From positions 2,604,001-2,668,000 of the forward strand of contig JAYWIR010000003.1 in assembly GCA_036172245.1 (NCBI GenBank): DNA of 64,000 nucleotides, written 5' to 3'. Under the pieces are notes generated by a model, which was not told where the DNA came from, did no database searches, and worked only from the letters and a program-made list of their open reading frames with translations. The DNA is from Raillietiella orientalis. Lineage: Eukaryota. This document shows, piece by piece, positions 50,601-63,370 of this stretch (position 1 is its first letter; each line of letters begins with the position of its first letter). The position numbers and the translations under genes are program-made.

Positions 50601-53600
50601 ACATGCTTCCAAGAAGTGAGGGTACATTGGAGGAACATTTCTCGTTGCCTCGGGGATCGAACAAAATACAAGTGATGAGCAAAGTCGTAGGTATCGCCGG
50701 GCGTCGGACGCCCCGATCACTGCGGCTCCACACGCGCCGGGATGCTGCAAAGGTGAACCTCGAGGAAATTCGGACCCGTTCCCCTAAAGCCGTCCAGGTT
50801 TCCCGAAGCCTCTGTGATGGACCGGCCAGAGATACGAGCTCGCCGGCGTGTCTTGCATGACGGTTTCACAGTGGTTTGCAATTCGGTTTAATGGTTGCTG
50901 CTACCGAGTAATTTACTAGCGTCAACACCGATGAGCAAATGTGCAGTTCGCATTCAAATGGGCTTGCGAAATCGTTTGCAAAAGGATTTGGCTTTGCAGA
51001 AGGTCTCCCCTTAGGGAGTCATGAAAGGCATTTCGAACTCTCGGGAAATATCGAAGGATCGGCCCTATCGAAGGAACGCCTGGAGTTCGGCCTTCATGCT
51101 GCCCTCCTCGCAGCGGCAAAAGCAGTCGCTGCTTCGCACGGCTGCAAAGAAGCTTTGCATAAACGAGTGGGAGTGGAATGCTGTCAGTAGCATCCGAGCT
51201 GGGAACAAGGGGCTCAACCGCTTGTCAAACACCTGCCACCCACCAGGTCCAAAAGAGGGTTGCAGACACATCTACGGAGGTTGGAGCTTCATCTGCGGGA
51301 TCAGGGAAAACAAACAAGCTCCAAGAAGGACAGGAAAGCGAACGGGGGAGGTTATCTTATCTCGTGCTGCGTCGCTACGAAACCAGGTCTTCGGTAAGTT
51401 TCTTGGAGTACCGCCGCGGTGCGTTCTTGGAGCGCGGAAGGAAAGAAATGTTCAGTAAAGGAGGCGTCCGTCATGAGTGGGTGAGGCACGATGCCACGTT
51501 TCCCATCAACACGAGGCCGCGAATTAAACTGTCAAGCAAAGAGAAATCATCCCGAAATTGAGAATGCCCAATGTGAAAGCCAAATGAAAAGAGGGCTCCG
51601 TCGTTCTAAAAATTGTTAAAGAGAATCCCACATGGCCACATGTGAATCGGCACGTCAGTAGCGCTTTCGGACACGGGCGCAGGCCCCACGAGCGAAAGTT
51701 CATCTTCAGTCTCGGATCCCTTGATCAGACCTCAGCTCAGGAATGCACTCGCTCGCGCTCCCAGTAAAGGCGAACCGCCGCCACGTTACCTCGGACACGC
51801 GAACGAAACTTTCCCCATCCGGTCTCGTGGAAACACGATACTCGTTCCGGTGGGGGTGGTGACCACCACCACGCGCGCCCGGTAGACATCGAGTGGGTGA
51901 GCACCTTCGCTACCCCCTTCCGTGGGGCCAGCCGGGGCCGTGGGAACCTTTGCTCTAAGCTGCAGGATCGAATGCTTGGAGACGAGAAAGACACCACGCC
52001 ATCCCGGAGGACGAATGGGGCTTTCGAATCGAAGTCTCTTCCGAATTGAAAAGCATCCGCGCTGGAATACAGATTGGGTCTTCCAAAGTGAGGGAGGGGA
52101 AAAGAAGGAAATTTTCCCAATGCCTCTGCACCGAGCACGAATGATGAAACTACCTATAAATTTCCTGACGCACTACCGCAGCAAAGAGGAAAGGGACTCT
52201 TAACTCCTTCCACACCATTATCGTAAACACGTATTTTTGTTTCCTCCTCAGATTAGATGCGAATGCCCTCCACCTAATGGATCCGAATGAAACTCTGAAT
52301 GGCTACAGAATGATACAATTACTGTATTTTCGAAACATCCACAAATGGCTGCCTTCACCGTAACTGTCAAAACTGATGTGTTCTTGTGTCTTCGTGATGC
52401 CCAATGACCTCACTATTGGGTGCATGGCGCATTTCCCTTTATATGGCCGATTTCATTTTCGTTTTCACTCATCGAGTTCGAACCCTAAAACTCACCACCC
52501 TATTTGTTGCAATGTTCAAAAAAATCGCAATAAAAAGCGAATCATTTTTCACTGGAAACGGCTGGGAAAGCCGAAACGAGAATTTGATTCAGAGAGGAAG
52601 AACTCCTCTTTCCTTCCTCCTTGCACCATTTGATGCCTCTCCGGTGCTTGTTTAGTTTTTTTTTTTTTCTCTCTCTCTCTCTCTCTCTTTTGCGCCTCCT
52701 TGGCACCTCCTTTCGTGTGGAACTCGTAATTCTTAGCGTTGGAATTAAATCTTCAAAAAGTAAATCCCTGATTTTTCCTTGGAGACGAACCCGAGTTCAC
52801 CACCTTAGAGCGAAACCATCTTTCCCGAAGTGCATTCGGTCCGAAGCGAATTCCAGAAAGATTCACTTTTTGTGCACTTCTTCCTGCGAAGGAAAATTCT
52901 TGAAATGTGGCTGGCCACTGGAGAAAGTCTGCAAAGTGGATGTTCTTCAGTGAAAGGCCAAAGAATTATGCGTCAGAATGCGGACCAGCCTCAAATCCTC
53001 CTCCAGCTGGCTGCTTTTATGATCAAGCGGATGGTTTCCCGAATGCCATCCCAGTAATTTGCGAATTGATTTACTCAAGGCATTCGTGGAAATCATCAAT
53101 AATTGCTTGTTTCTCCTGAAGACGTACAAGATGCTCCGGTTTTCCAGAAAGCCGATCGGCACGCAATCTTCATAAATGCTGTCCTATCCGAGGCTTCCTC
53201 TTTGCTTCGCACAAGCACTGCCGCGAAAGCGTTCAGTGCTTCATCGGATTTCGAAATCGGCGCCATTCATTTCTGTCACCTGATGTCGATCTTCACCGGA
53301 ACTCTTTGTAAGGTTCTCCGTTTGAATGTTCAGCTGTAGGTGCTTTGCACCCGCGTTTAGATCTGGAACACGCACTCACAATCGCGTGTACCATTCTTCC
53401 AGGATATGGATCTTAGTATGTGCATCCAGAATGATTATTTGCTATAGCCTGTTTCCTTTTTCCCGAGACCAGCGTTAGGAATCGCAAAGCATTGCCGCTT
53501 GTGTTTTGGGAAGCCACTGCTCCTGACATTCGAATGGAATTTGCCAAAACACCTCTGCCGCCCGGATGTTCATGCTAAACACCGGGGTTGCTCCAGCGAT

Positions 53601-56600
53601 GTGTCTTTTATGACCTTTTCCTTATTTAGGGATGCCTTCAGAGTCTGAGTCACCTCCACACTTGTGGAGTACTGGATGTTCGTCGGGATTTGTGTGCCGA
53701 TGAGTGATAAATCATCACAACGTAGATTAAATCAGATGCGAAACCAGGTCTTTTCTGATTTGCTTGTTTCTGGTCCAAGAGGCAAGCATGCTGCTTAAAA
53801 TGCAGCTCTTGCTTCTTCCCCAGCAATGCTGATGGCTGTAGCTACACAGAAGATTGCAGGCATCCCCAGCTGCTGTCTTGAAAGACGACATCCAGGTACT
53901 CATTTTCTAAAATAACTGGCGGGTAGTCCCGAATGAATCTAAGGCACAAACACCATGAGCTCTGATCTTAGCATCTTTAGTATTCACACCGGCTAGAAAT
54001 GTTCTTCTATCGAGTAAAAGATTACTCAAATGGGTTACTTTTATTTAGTAAAAGAAACTATGCAATCCATGATGGAAGAAGATGGGCATGGAAAACTTTT
54101 GAGCAGCTTGCATTATGCGAATGTTCCAAGCGGAGAGTTTCCATCTCTGATAAACTGGACTGAAGAATGCAGCCCATTTGCTGGGGGAATTTCCTTCAGC
54201 CAAACCCATCGAGTCTCGCCTCCACCCAAGAGACCTAAGGCTTGAAATCTTCTGCTCTTCTTTGATTCAAGAAAGACGGCTTTTCGAATGCAGCTTCCCA
54301 AGTGGCATGCCAGTCAAAAACTCAGCATGGCATTCTTAATAAATAAACCGTTTCTTTTGATTCGAAATCTCGCGAGTGTAAAATCTTTTCTTCTGGCATC
54401 TGCAGCCCGCGATAAAAACATAAAATGCATCTCGTGTTTTGAAATTTTTGTTTCTCTTCTGATCAATCAGCAAGCAGCACTGCTTGGAAGAGTTGAAGTT
54501 GGTGGCCGTGTTTCAGATGACAGGGCAGGGATATGCATTTTTGAAAGGGTGGAGTTTCCCATGAGGGCCTCATCGAAACTATGAGTCGCTATGCTGAGCT
54601 GCTGCTGTTGTTTCAGCTTTGCTCCAAATGCCTTCAAAGTGCCCCTTCAGAACGCTCGACAAAATCATGCAAATGATGAGATTCTATTACCATTGCATTT
54701 TGTTCTTGTTGAGCTCTCGGAGAATTTCACTTATTCGTGCAAGTAGTTTCTTTGTGTTCTTCTTTGGAAAGATGAATGAGAAACCAAGTAGGTGCGCTTT
54801 TCCTCCATCAGTTCCCCGAGTTTATCGACACCTGGATGGATAGCTCTTAATTCTATGGAAATTAATTCGGGAAAAAATTCGGGAATTCCCACAGAATCCT
54901 ATATGGATGCCGATCGTCTGCCGAGTATCCCAAGATTTTCAAGCTTATAATGGGAATGGATTCTATTAAACATCATGGAAATAAGTACCCAGCTCCCAAG
55001 CCTGGAAGCCAACACTTTACAAACGGCTGACCATTCAGTACAAGCGTGAAGCAAAAAGCATTGGGACTTTAGGACTATCTGGACCAGTCCCTTTTGAGAA
55101 TAGGCTTTGAAAAGGACATTTAGAAAGAGTAGAATGAAGCTATGAAAAGCTTTTTTACAAGGTGGTCGAGAGAAAGCTGCAGAAGAACGCCAGCTCATTT
55201 CAAGATCATGAATTTCTTATTGAGAACCTTTGGTCTGAGTGTTCTGTTAGCCTCGGAGAACTCTGTTTGTGCTCGTGTCACGACAGATACACCCATAATG
55301 ATGAAGAGAATCCGTGGTCTTGTTGATCGAGAATCGAGTCCCATGAGTTTTCAAAGCAGTCAGAAGAGAAGCGGATTTAGAAGTCATTGCGGTCGTTACA
55401 TCTCGTTGGCCTATAATTATTCAGTGTCAAAAGGGGGAAAATCCTTCTACTAAGTGGAAGAGAGTGAAAATGGGCCCTCAGATTCATTTATCGCTTTTTC
55501 AGTGTGCCTTTTGCCAATCTCCAAAGGTCAATTTGCTTTTCGCGTTGGCTCATCGCTTTCCGTATCTTATGCACATGCGAGCTCTCAATTTGGGTTCATC
55601 GGCATAGAGACGACGACTGCTTCATGAATCCTTTTATTAGCATTTGAGAAGTTGAATGTAGGGGAAATGATGGCAAAACGGATCGCCGAACAAATGTCCC
55701 ACGAACCTCCTTTATTCTTATACATGAAAATTGTTTATTTAGTCGAATGAGCACGTGGATAATGAGTTCCTTAACACCATATTCGTGTTGCTCCCTGAAG
55801 TGACCTGATTAGACGACAACCAGGAAGAAATGCTACTGTTCCACAGACTTCTCCGGCTGCTCAATGGTCTCCGGGTGTTCACCGAGCCTTGTTGTTTTTT
55901 TTGCTTCGGGTTCTGAATTGTCTTGTCCTCAGCTTGATAACGTAATCGATCCAAGCGAAGGAGTTGATAGGGCATTGATATCTTGATGTGATATCTAGAA
56001 GCAGCTGTCAGTTAAGATAAGTAGCTTTCTTCTTCAGGAACGATGGAGGAACGTATTTCTTCCTGAGAAGTTTAATTTCCTCAGGTCACTTGATTGGATC
56101 AGTATCTGGGTCACTTGGCGCATCTTCCGAGTATCTTTCGAGATTCAAATGCTCTGGAACAGAGTCTCAGTTCGGTGCAAGTGAACTCGAAATGCACTAT
56201 TGAATTCCGTGCTTGCCCACTGAGAGGTCTCAGGGCGTCATAGAAGCGAAATTTTGAGGTCAGACTTTGCTTCATAAAAGGTGCTCGAATTACTGGACGC
56301 TGTTGAGAAGGACATTCGATGCATTCGAACAGCCAGAAATATTGGTGGGATGCATGTTGACAGATAGCGGCACGCTTACAGATACTTGCGATTCCGCAAA
56401 CTCTTGAAGCTTGAGGACTGCTGCTTCAGTTTGCTGATCACTTGCTTTGGACAGGATACGTCATCCTTCATCAGAAACGGCATATGTGATGCTTGGCATG
56501 CTAAAAATAATCTTCGGATGCCCACGCATGCATGCTGTAAAGTACAACCAGACACCCATTCTTCCAGCTTCTGTGGTAAGCGTGATCGGTTCAGAAATCC

Positions 56601-59600
56601 ATGGTTTTCCTTTGTTCCCCCATAGTGAACTCACTTGTGCATCAGTCTGCAGCAGGATAGAACGCAGATCGTTAAACTCGAGCAAGATTTAGCCAGCCTC
56701 CAGCTAATCGATCCTCCGAGTGTAAAAGGAAAGCATTGAAATTTTTATGCGTTCGCCTCAACTGTGCCGTGTAAACACTCATGTTTATGGCTCTCGGTTT
56801 GCATCGGAGCGAAAGAAATTTATCCCACGGCGATCTCGATTAATTGAAGAGAGCCGAATCTCGGAGCCTGGAAGCGCAAAGAAAAAACGCTGCTCAGGGA
56901 TTCCTCCTGGTTTTGCTGCATACTTCCTCCCGTTCCGAGATCCAGACAAAAATCGTCCACTGAGCAGTTCTCTACCTGGAGAAGTCGGGATGCAAAATTC
57001 CATCTCTCGAAGAAATAAATGTCCAAGGCTGTGATAGATGAAAAAAAGAAGAATGGAATGTTCATCCTGATTTTATAACAGCTGTTTTCGCAAAAACTTC
57101 GAGAAGCTTCTTTGCAATCGTCTGAGATTTTCGGACGCGGGAATCCCTCGCCATGGAATTCTTTTTTTTTTTTTCCTCTATGGTTGCCATGGATACGGAA
57201 AGAAGCATCCACTCAGTTTCCTGATTCTACATGTCCAAATCCATATCATTAACATGAAAAACCTTATGATTCTGCGCTGTCAACACGATGATTTTTACAT
57301 CCTTTCGAATTTTTATGTTTTCTCTTTGATGCTTCTGCTGGAACTTTCGTGATAACTTAGCTGAAATGATCATCCGCGAAGAACTCAAAGATGTACTGGA
57401 GAAGCATCAAGAGACACGGAATGGAGGTTTAAATGCAATGTTCAATACTTTCGAGGTTTCTGGGTTCATTCTGAACTCGAAAAACAATTCTTCCGGAGCA
57501 TATCCTCTTTTCTACATCCTTTTTTTCTTCTCAATGGATAAGCAGACATTGTTGTAAACATCTACGAAAGCATTCCAAACAGTTTCCAGCAACCGTAGTT
57601 ATCCCATGTCATTGACGGGCACAGAGAATGCATTACGAGCTATTTGCGAAGGATGAATGCCTTTTGGGGTAACCAGTTGGAGAACTCGTCGAGTGGTCGC
57701 TGGAAGAATTGGTTCTTCGGAAGGCTCCTGAACGACTTTCTCTGCTCCAAGTCAGCAAACTTCAGCTTCACTTCAAAACTTATAGAGGAAGCTCCTGACG
57801 TTGAAAAACCAAAACAAAACCAAAGATTCGAAAGCGCGTCTCCTTGAAAATCTCCAAGTTCTGCTCTCTGAGCTTGCCGAGGCTGTCGCCGAAAGCGGAG
57901 AATCACTACGCATCCAAACCGAACATCTGTCAATACCGTAAGTGGACGAACGATTTAGAAGATTGGATGTGACCACGAGCAACAAAACATAATAAACGAA
58001 AAAAACACGCTAAAATAAAAAAAAAGTTTAAAAAAATTGTGGTCTTTTTGGGAAGGGTTTCTCTTGGATTTCCGCTAAGCGGGATGTGCCTCTCGAAATC
58101 CGAGTGGTGATTTGCAACTGGCAACGTAAGCGAGCAGCAGCCGGTGGTGGCACGTTCCAGAAGCGCAGCGACCTCCGGGAAACTTTTCGCCCCCGACTCA
58201 CAGGATTTCCAGATTCATCTTGCTCTCGTGGAATGTGGCGAAGAAACCTCTCGCTTTCGAATGTGTGCAGCCACCGGACACGAGGAAGCGTGTCCTCGTG
58301 CGTGGCACGTGAGCGCTTTCGACTGCCTCACCCGGAAGCATGCCTATTAGAAAATTGTCTTCGCCGGCTGCAAATTTTTCCTTCGAGGCTGGACGTGCCG
58401 ACTAGTGCTGCAGAGGGCGGCAAAAGTACCCGGAAGAGCTCGAGAGTGTCCTCAAAACTCTGAAGGAGGAGCCACTCTCGTTCGAGTACACAGAAATGCA
58501 TTAGAACACGAAGTGTATGTCAATGAGCCAATGAGAAGAATGATTCCAGCCGTTTCCCTCTCATTTCTCGGATACTTGCGCATTATAGCTACGGTTGCTG
58601 GAGTTTCCTTATTCCTTCGCGTGTTACTTTCCCTCTCAGTTTCGACGACCACGAAGACAAGCGGATCTTTCTCCGTCATTATTAGCGCCTCTGGGGTCAC
58701 GGCGCAGATGACGCCATCGTGGGATCTTCGATCCTTTTATCAAGGCACAAGCAAGCCGGGTTAAAAAAATGGGTTGAAAGGAATATGGAGCTCTAGTAAA
58801 GCACCTCCTGAGATTCGCGAAGAATCTCCGTCCCACCATGGGAGTCACCCACTTTTAGAGGAACGCAGAATGCGACACGTCCATCTCGCTCCTGCTGGCG
58901 TGTGCGGGCATGGAATGTTTCGGACTATCAGCAATCTGATGGTTAAAGGAAAAACCATTCTCAGCAAGCAGATGGGTGCACCGCGACCTAGGATGGGTCC
59001 ACGAGCAGGTGCAATAATTCGGGAGGCGTGAGCATTCGGGAACAGCGTCTAGAAGCGGAGTTCATCCATCAAAATGCATCGAAATGAGGAATGCGCTGAA
59101 TTGCCAGCAAGAAGGGGAGGTACGCGCTTCGATCCAATGAAGCGAAAGACGGCAGTCTTGAATTCACAAGAATTTGTTCTTTTTCAAAGGTTTCGGAGGA
59201 GAACATCAACAAGCCGCAGATGAACCGAAGCGGCCAATAAACGGACACGGCTTTCGGCGCGATGCCCGCTCCCTAACAAATGGAAGCGGAGGAAATCACG
59301 CTTGCCTCTCTTGTGGACCGTGGCGAGAGCTTTCGTTTCGCGTGCAGTTTCCTGGGTGATTGGACAAGCTTGGTGGAAGGCTGCATCGCTGGGGGATGAG
59401 GAGATGTGAGGTTTCAGGAGGGTCCGCGCAGGAGTGCTCAGAATCCTGAAATAAAAGGCTCCGATCTCCGAGAAAACGGGAAGAGAAAATCCAGGTTGCG
59501 ACCGAAATCTTTTCATTGAGTTCGTATGTTTCTCCTCCAGGAGACGACAGCGTCCCACTGGTGGATGCTCGCTATAGGGAAGAAATGACCTTAGATGAGA

Positions 59601-62469
59601 AAGACAAGACACGCCTGCCAGCAACGGAAGGTCATCAAAGGATGCAGTTATCACCAAAGTGATGTGGGCGCGCATTCGAAAAGAATCACAGAGAGCTGTT
59701 GCATAAAATGAGAACTGGCATGAGGCGCGTTGCCATGGGACCCGCACCACATTCCAGCAAAAACGATCGATGCCCCATTCACCGACGTGAGACGCATGAA
59801 CCCGCCCACCCTGAAAGACTTTCGAAGTGCATGAGGTTCCCGCTTTGGGGGAGTGGGGCAGCAAGATAAGTTCCAAAAAAGCAAACAGGGAAGGATGGGC
59901 ACTACCAAAACCGGGAGTGCAAACGCTTCGCTCGAGATGGAATTCCAAGAGAGATCTAAACATCGATCAACGGGTGGTAGCTCTCCACTCTGTGCGATGG
60001 CATTCTCTAGAGCCGTTCCCAAAGCACAGCTTTCCCACCGAGCGGAGACCGCGTCCATAAATCGCGTGACGTCACTTCGAGGAGAAGTTTGCAAACGCTT
60101 AGGGGGCGAGCAAGTCTAAGGAGATCCCAGGGAGCGGCGCGAACGAGCTACGTGCATCCCCTTCCGTCGGCAAAGCTCCTGCCCGAAAGAGAGAAAGTGC
60201 CGTTGGCCCACCGCAGCCCCCAGCGCATGATTGCCAGCAGGTGGCTGATCTTCCTGACCTCTTCATCGCCGCTACCTCCGTGTTTCCAGCATCCCTGCAA
60301 CGACGCCATTCTTGTTTCCCGCTCGCCATTCAGGCCAGTCCTCGATGCCACTCCACGGTGGGTTTAACCTTTCACGAAAGCGCCAGAGGGAGGGAGGGTA
60401 ACAGCTCTTTGAAATTTATTGGCACATGCCACCAGCAAAACACCGTCTGCATTTTCAGCTTCGCCGCGAACAAGACGCGGGTTCCATGGCAACTAAGGTG
60501 ACCGCCGTTGCCGCGCTATTTTCATGGTCCCCGCCTCCTTCAACGGCCTTGGTGCGGACGCTCTTCGTCTGTTGCGTCTTCTTTTCCCGGCAAATGAATT
60601 TCGTGTTGTTTTTTTATTTGGTCATCGATTGTTTTTCTGTTTGGGGGAAGAAATAAAGAGAAATTCTTCTCTTTTCTCGATCCTCCTCTTCCTTTACTCT
60701 TTTCTCGCCACGCACGTGTCATAGAGAACGTCCGTTGGTCCGTTGGTCCTCCCGCTGCCATAGCACGGGCTCTTTGAAAAGCTTCCTCTTCCAGGTGCCC
60801 CCGACGAGTCCCCGCTTTCTGCCCGCTCTCCGTCCGATTTGTTTTTTTTTCTCTCCGGGGTTACTTGGCATTCGAGCCAAACTCTCTACCACCGTCTCTT
60901 GCCCTATTCGCTGCTTCATCTGCTCTCCATCCGTCTCATGAGGGGGCTGGCGGAGGAGGCCCGCAACCCTGCCGCGACTGTGACCGGTCTGTCCCTTCGC
61001 GGCGGGACGTGTGCGCCATGGAGACCTCATACTCTCTTCCGGGGCATTGGAAGATCAGGTGCGCGTTTTCCCTGCGGACCTGCGAGTCTAGAGCTCCGAC
61101 GCAGCTGGTAAGCAGAAGAACTTCGACCTTTCCTCTTTGCCAAGTTCCTCGGCAGGAACCTCTGATGGTTCCCGACGTCGGCAAGACGGGAATGGAGAGA
61201 GAAGGGAGAGAGTGAACTACCGGACGGAGGTACCCGAAAGGGTGAACGAAGGGACGCAGCGAGCGAAGCGCGCCTGCTAGGCGATGCATTCGCTTCTCTC
61301 GCAGCATTCCCGGTCCTCATGCTAAGTGGTGCTGGAGGGCACAGCAGCAGGCGCTTGCGAAGGGTGTTCTTACTCTTGCGTGGAGCTTTTAGGGAAGAAT
61401 CCCGCAATGTAAGGACAAGGTCCTCCTCCTTTCCCGCTATCCAGACGCACCGCTTCAGGGTCGTGAAGTCAGTGGTCCGGTGCTGCAGCTCGTCTACCGT
61501 CTCGTACGAGCGGCCTTCGAAATGGGCAGCGTCCGCAAGTTCTTCAGTGGGATGGTCGGATTCCGGGAGAGCCTCCCCGACTTGTCAGTTTGCCACGTCT
61601 TTGACCGCTTATCGTCAAGACGATCTCCATCCAAGCTCTGCAGCTTTCCGGGAACGCAGGAGGGCAAAGGAAAGAGCCAGGAGTGGCTTCCTGGAGTCAA
61701 AGTCCGGTGTGGAGATCTCTAGACTGCCAGTCGTGACCCACTGAACTGCTCCTTGTGGGACTGCAAGGCAGAGGAACATTCCAGGGACCTATCTGTGCCC
61801 ATGCGAAGTGAACGACAAAGGAAAACCCCAGAGGGTCAAGGGCGTTTCCGAGCTGCGTCTCTCTCTCAACCAGCTATTGGAACCCAAAGTGGAAGGTCCA
61901 CTCATGGGAAAAGTTGCAATCTATTTTCAGTCTAGTTCACTTCAAATTTGTTTTCTTTCTGAACCTTTTTTTTTAATGCCTATTATGTTTCAGTATCGTA
62001 CCAATTTTTAGATTTTTTTCAGCTGTCGGAATCGTTTTATCCTCAAGAGTGTTCTATTTTAAATTTGTCCTGTTTCAAAAGTTCTCTATCTATAGAACTC
62101 TCGTGCCTTGAGAACACTTGTGTTAGAACGGAGACGCGCCTGCGTGTGGATTTGCTCCACTTTCAAATCAGTTCCATTTTCTTGCCTCTCTTGAATAGAA
62201 CGGTTCTATTTTTGGAGACTTTTCATTCTTAGAACTGCCTTTAGTCGTTCCTTTCGCATTGTTGACAACCCATTCTCACTGGTGGATGTTCATTCGATTG
62301 TTGCATATCCACTTGCATTGTTGGAACATCTGGGGCGGTTCCGTGCAGCATCCGCATTGCAGCACAGATTTCCCAGCCCCTTCCTTCAGCTCGGGGTGCT
62401 GCTTGGCCGTTCCAGCCAGAAATAGGCGGGGCTGGATGGAAGAGGACACCGGAAAGCGCACAGGGGAAG

Positions 62470-63370
62470 CCGGGGCTTACTCGTTCGGCCCCCCGAAATC
62501 GGGTTGTATGAGACGGGGAGAAGGGCTGCGTCCCCTAAGGATAACTGGAGGCTGGCTCCACCGCTGCTCCCTTCTCTCCACAGTCTACGGAAACCTCCCT
62601 CCATGTTTGGGAGAGGGAGCGGATGGAGGTGTGGCAGGAAACTTCCCTCCGCTCCCCTGCTGCAGAGTGGGAGAGGGGTGTCCTAGGGAGGGGGAGAGGG
62701 TGAAGGCGTTTCTCAAACCTATTTCTCCCGCTCTTTCGGGAGCGGGAAAGCCGAGCTGTCTTTCCTCCCATCCGTTCCCACTTCCATGATCCCGGGTCAG
62801 AGACAGATAGGCTTCCGATGAACCACCTACGGAGAAGGGGGCACCTCCTCACTCCCCACAGGGCGTGAAGGAATACGCCGGATGAAGGGAGCGGGGAAGG
62901 GGCGGGAGAAACCAGGGGCAAGGAAGACCGCAGGTAGAAAAGCCCGCCTCTCCGAATGGCCCTTTGCTCGCTGTCTCCACCTTGAGGGTCCTCTCCGTTC
63001 TCTTCGGGTTCTCAAAGCTGGGAGCGGCAAGCAGGAGAACTCTCCTCCTCACCTTCCCTCCCGGATGGCTGCCCTGTTGCACAATTGGATTCGAAAGCCC
63101 TCTTCGCTTCCCCGAATCATTTCTATGGAGCACAAAGATGAAGGGGAAGAAATGTGCGAGGAGTCGATCTCTGGGCGATTCCCCGCATCCCCAGTCCTTC
63201 GCAGGACCCCACTCGTCCGACTTCCGGTCGGCAATGTCTCATTGGCTGCCACCGCCACCGCTCCCCTACCTCTTCACCAATCAGCAGAGCCTGGGGCCAG
63301 CTGAGCAAAACACCATGGCCTCCGGGGGCTCGGACGGATCCTCCGGGACACAAGGACATTATCCGGAGGA
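62470..63370 (+). repeat. Second cluster of purine-arm/pyrimidine-arm hairpins
   Basis: Stems: 62515-62579 GGGGAGAAGGG/CCCTTCTCTCC; 62615-62656 GGGAGCGGA-GGAGGT/ACTTCC-TCCGCTCCC; 62664-62734 AGAGTGGGAGAGG/TTTCTCCCGCTCT; 62738-62779 GGGAGCGG/CCGTTCCC; 62831-62855 GGAG..CTCC; 62892-62954; 63339-63370 TCCTCCGG/CCGGAGGA. Confidence 0.55.

Noticed and set aside
54857..54891. GGGAATTCCC kB/Dorsal-like site, plus scattered Su(H)-like CGTGGGAA (37146, ~51939) and GGGAATATTCC (27961)
   Set aside because: Isolated short motifs without clustering or conservation evidence cannot be told from chance.
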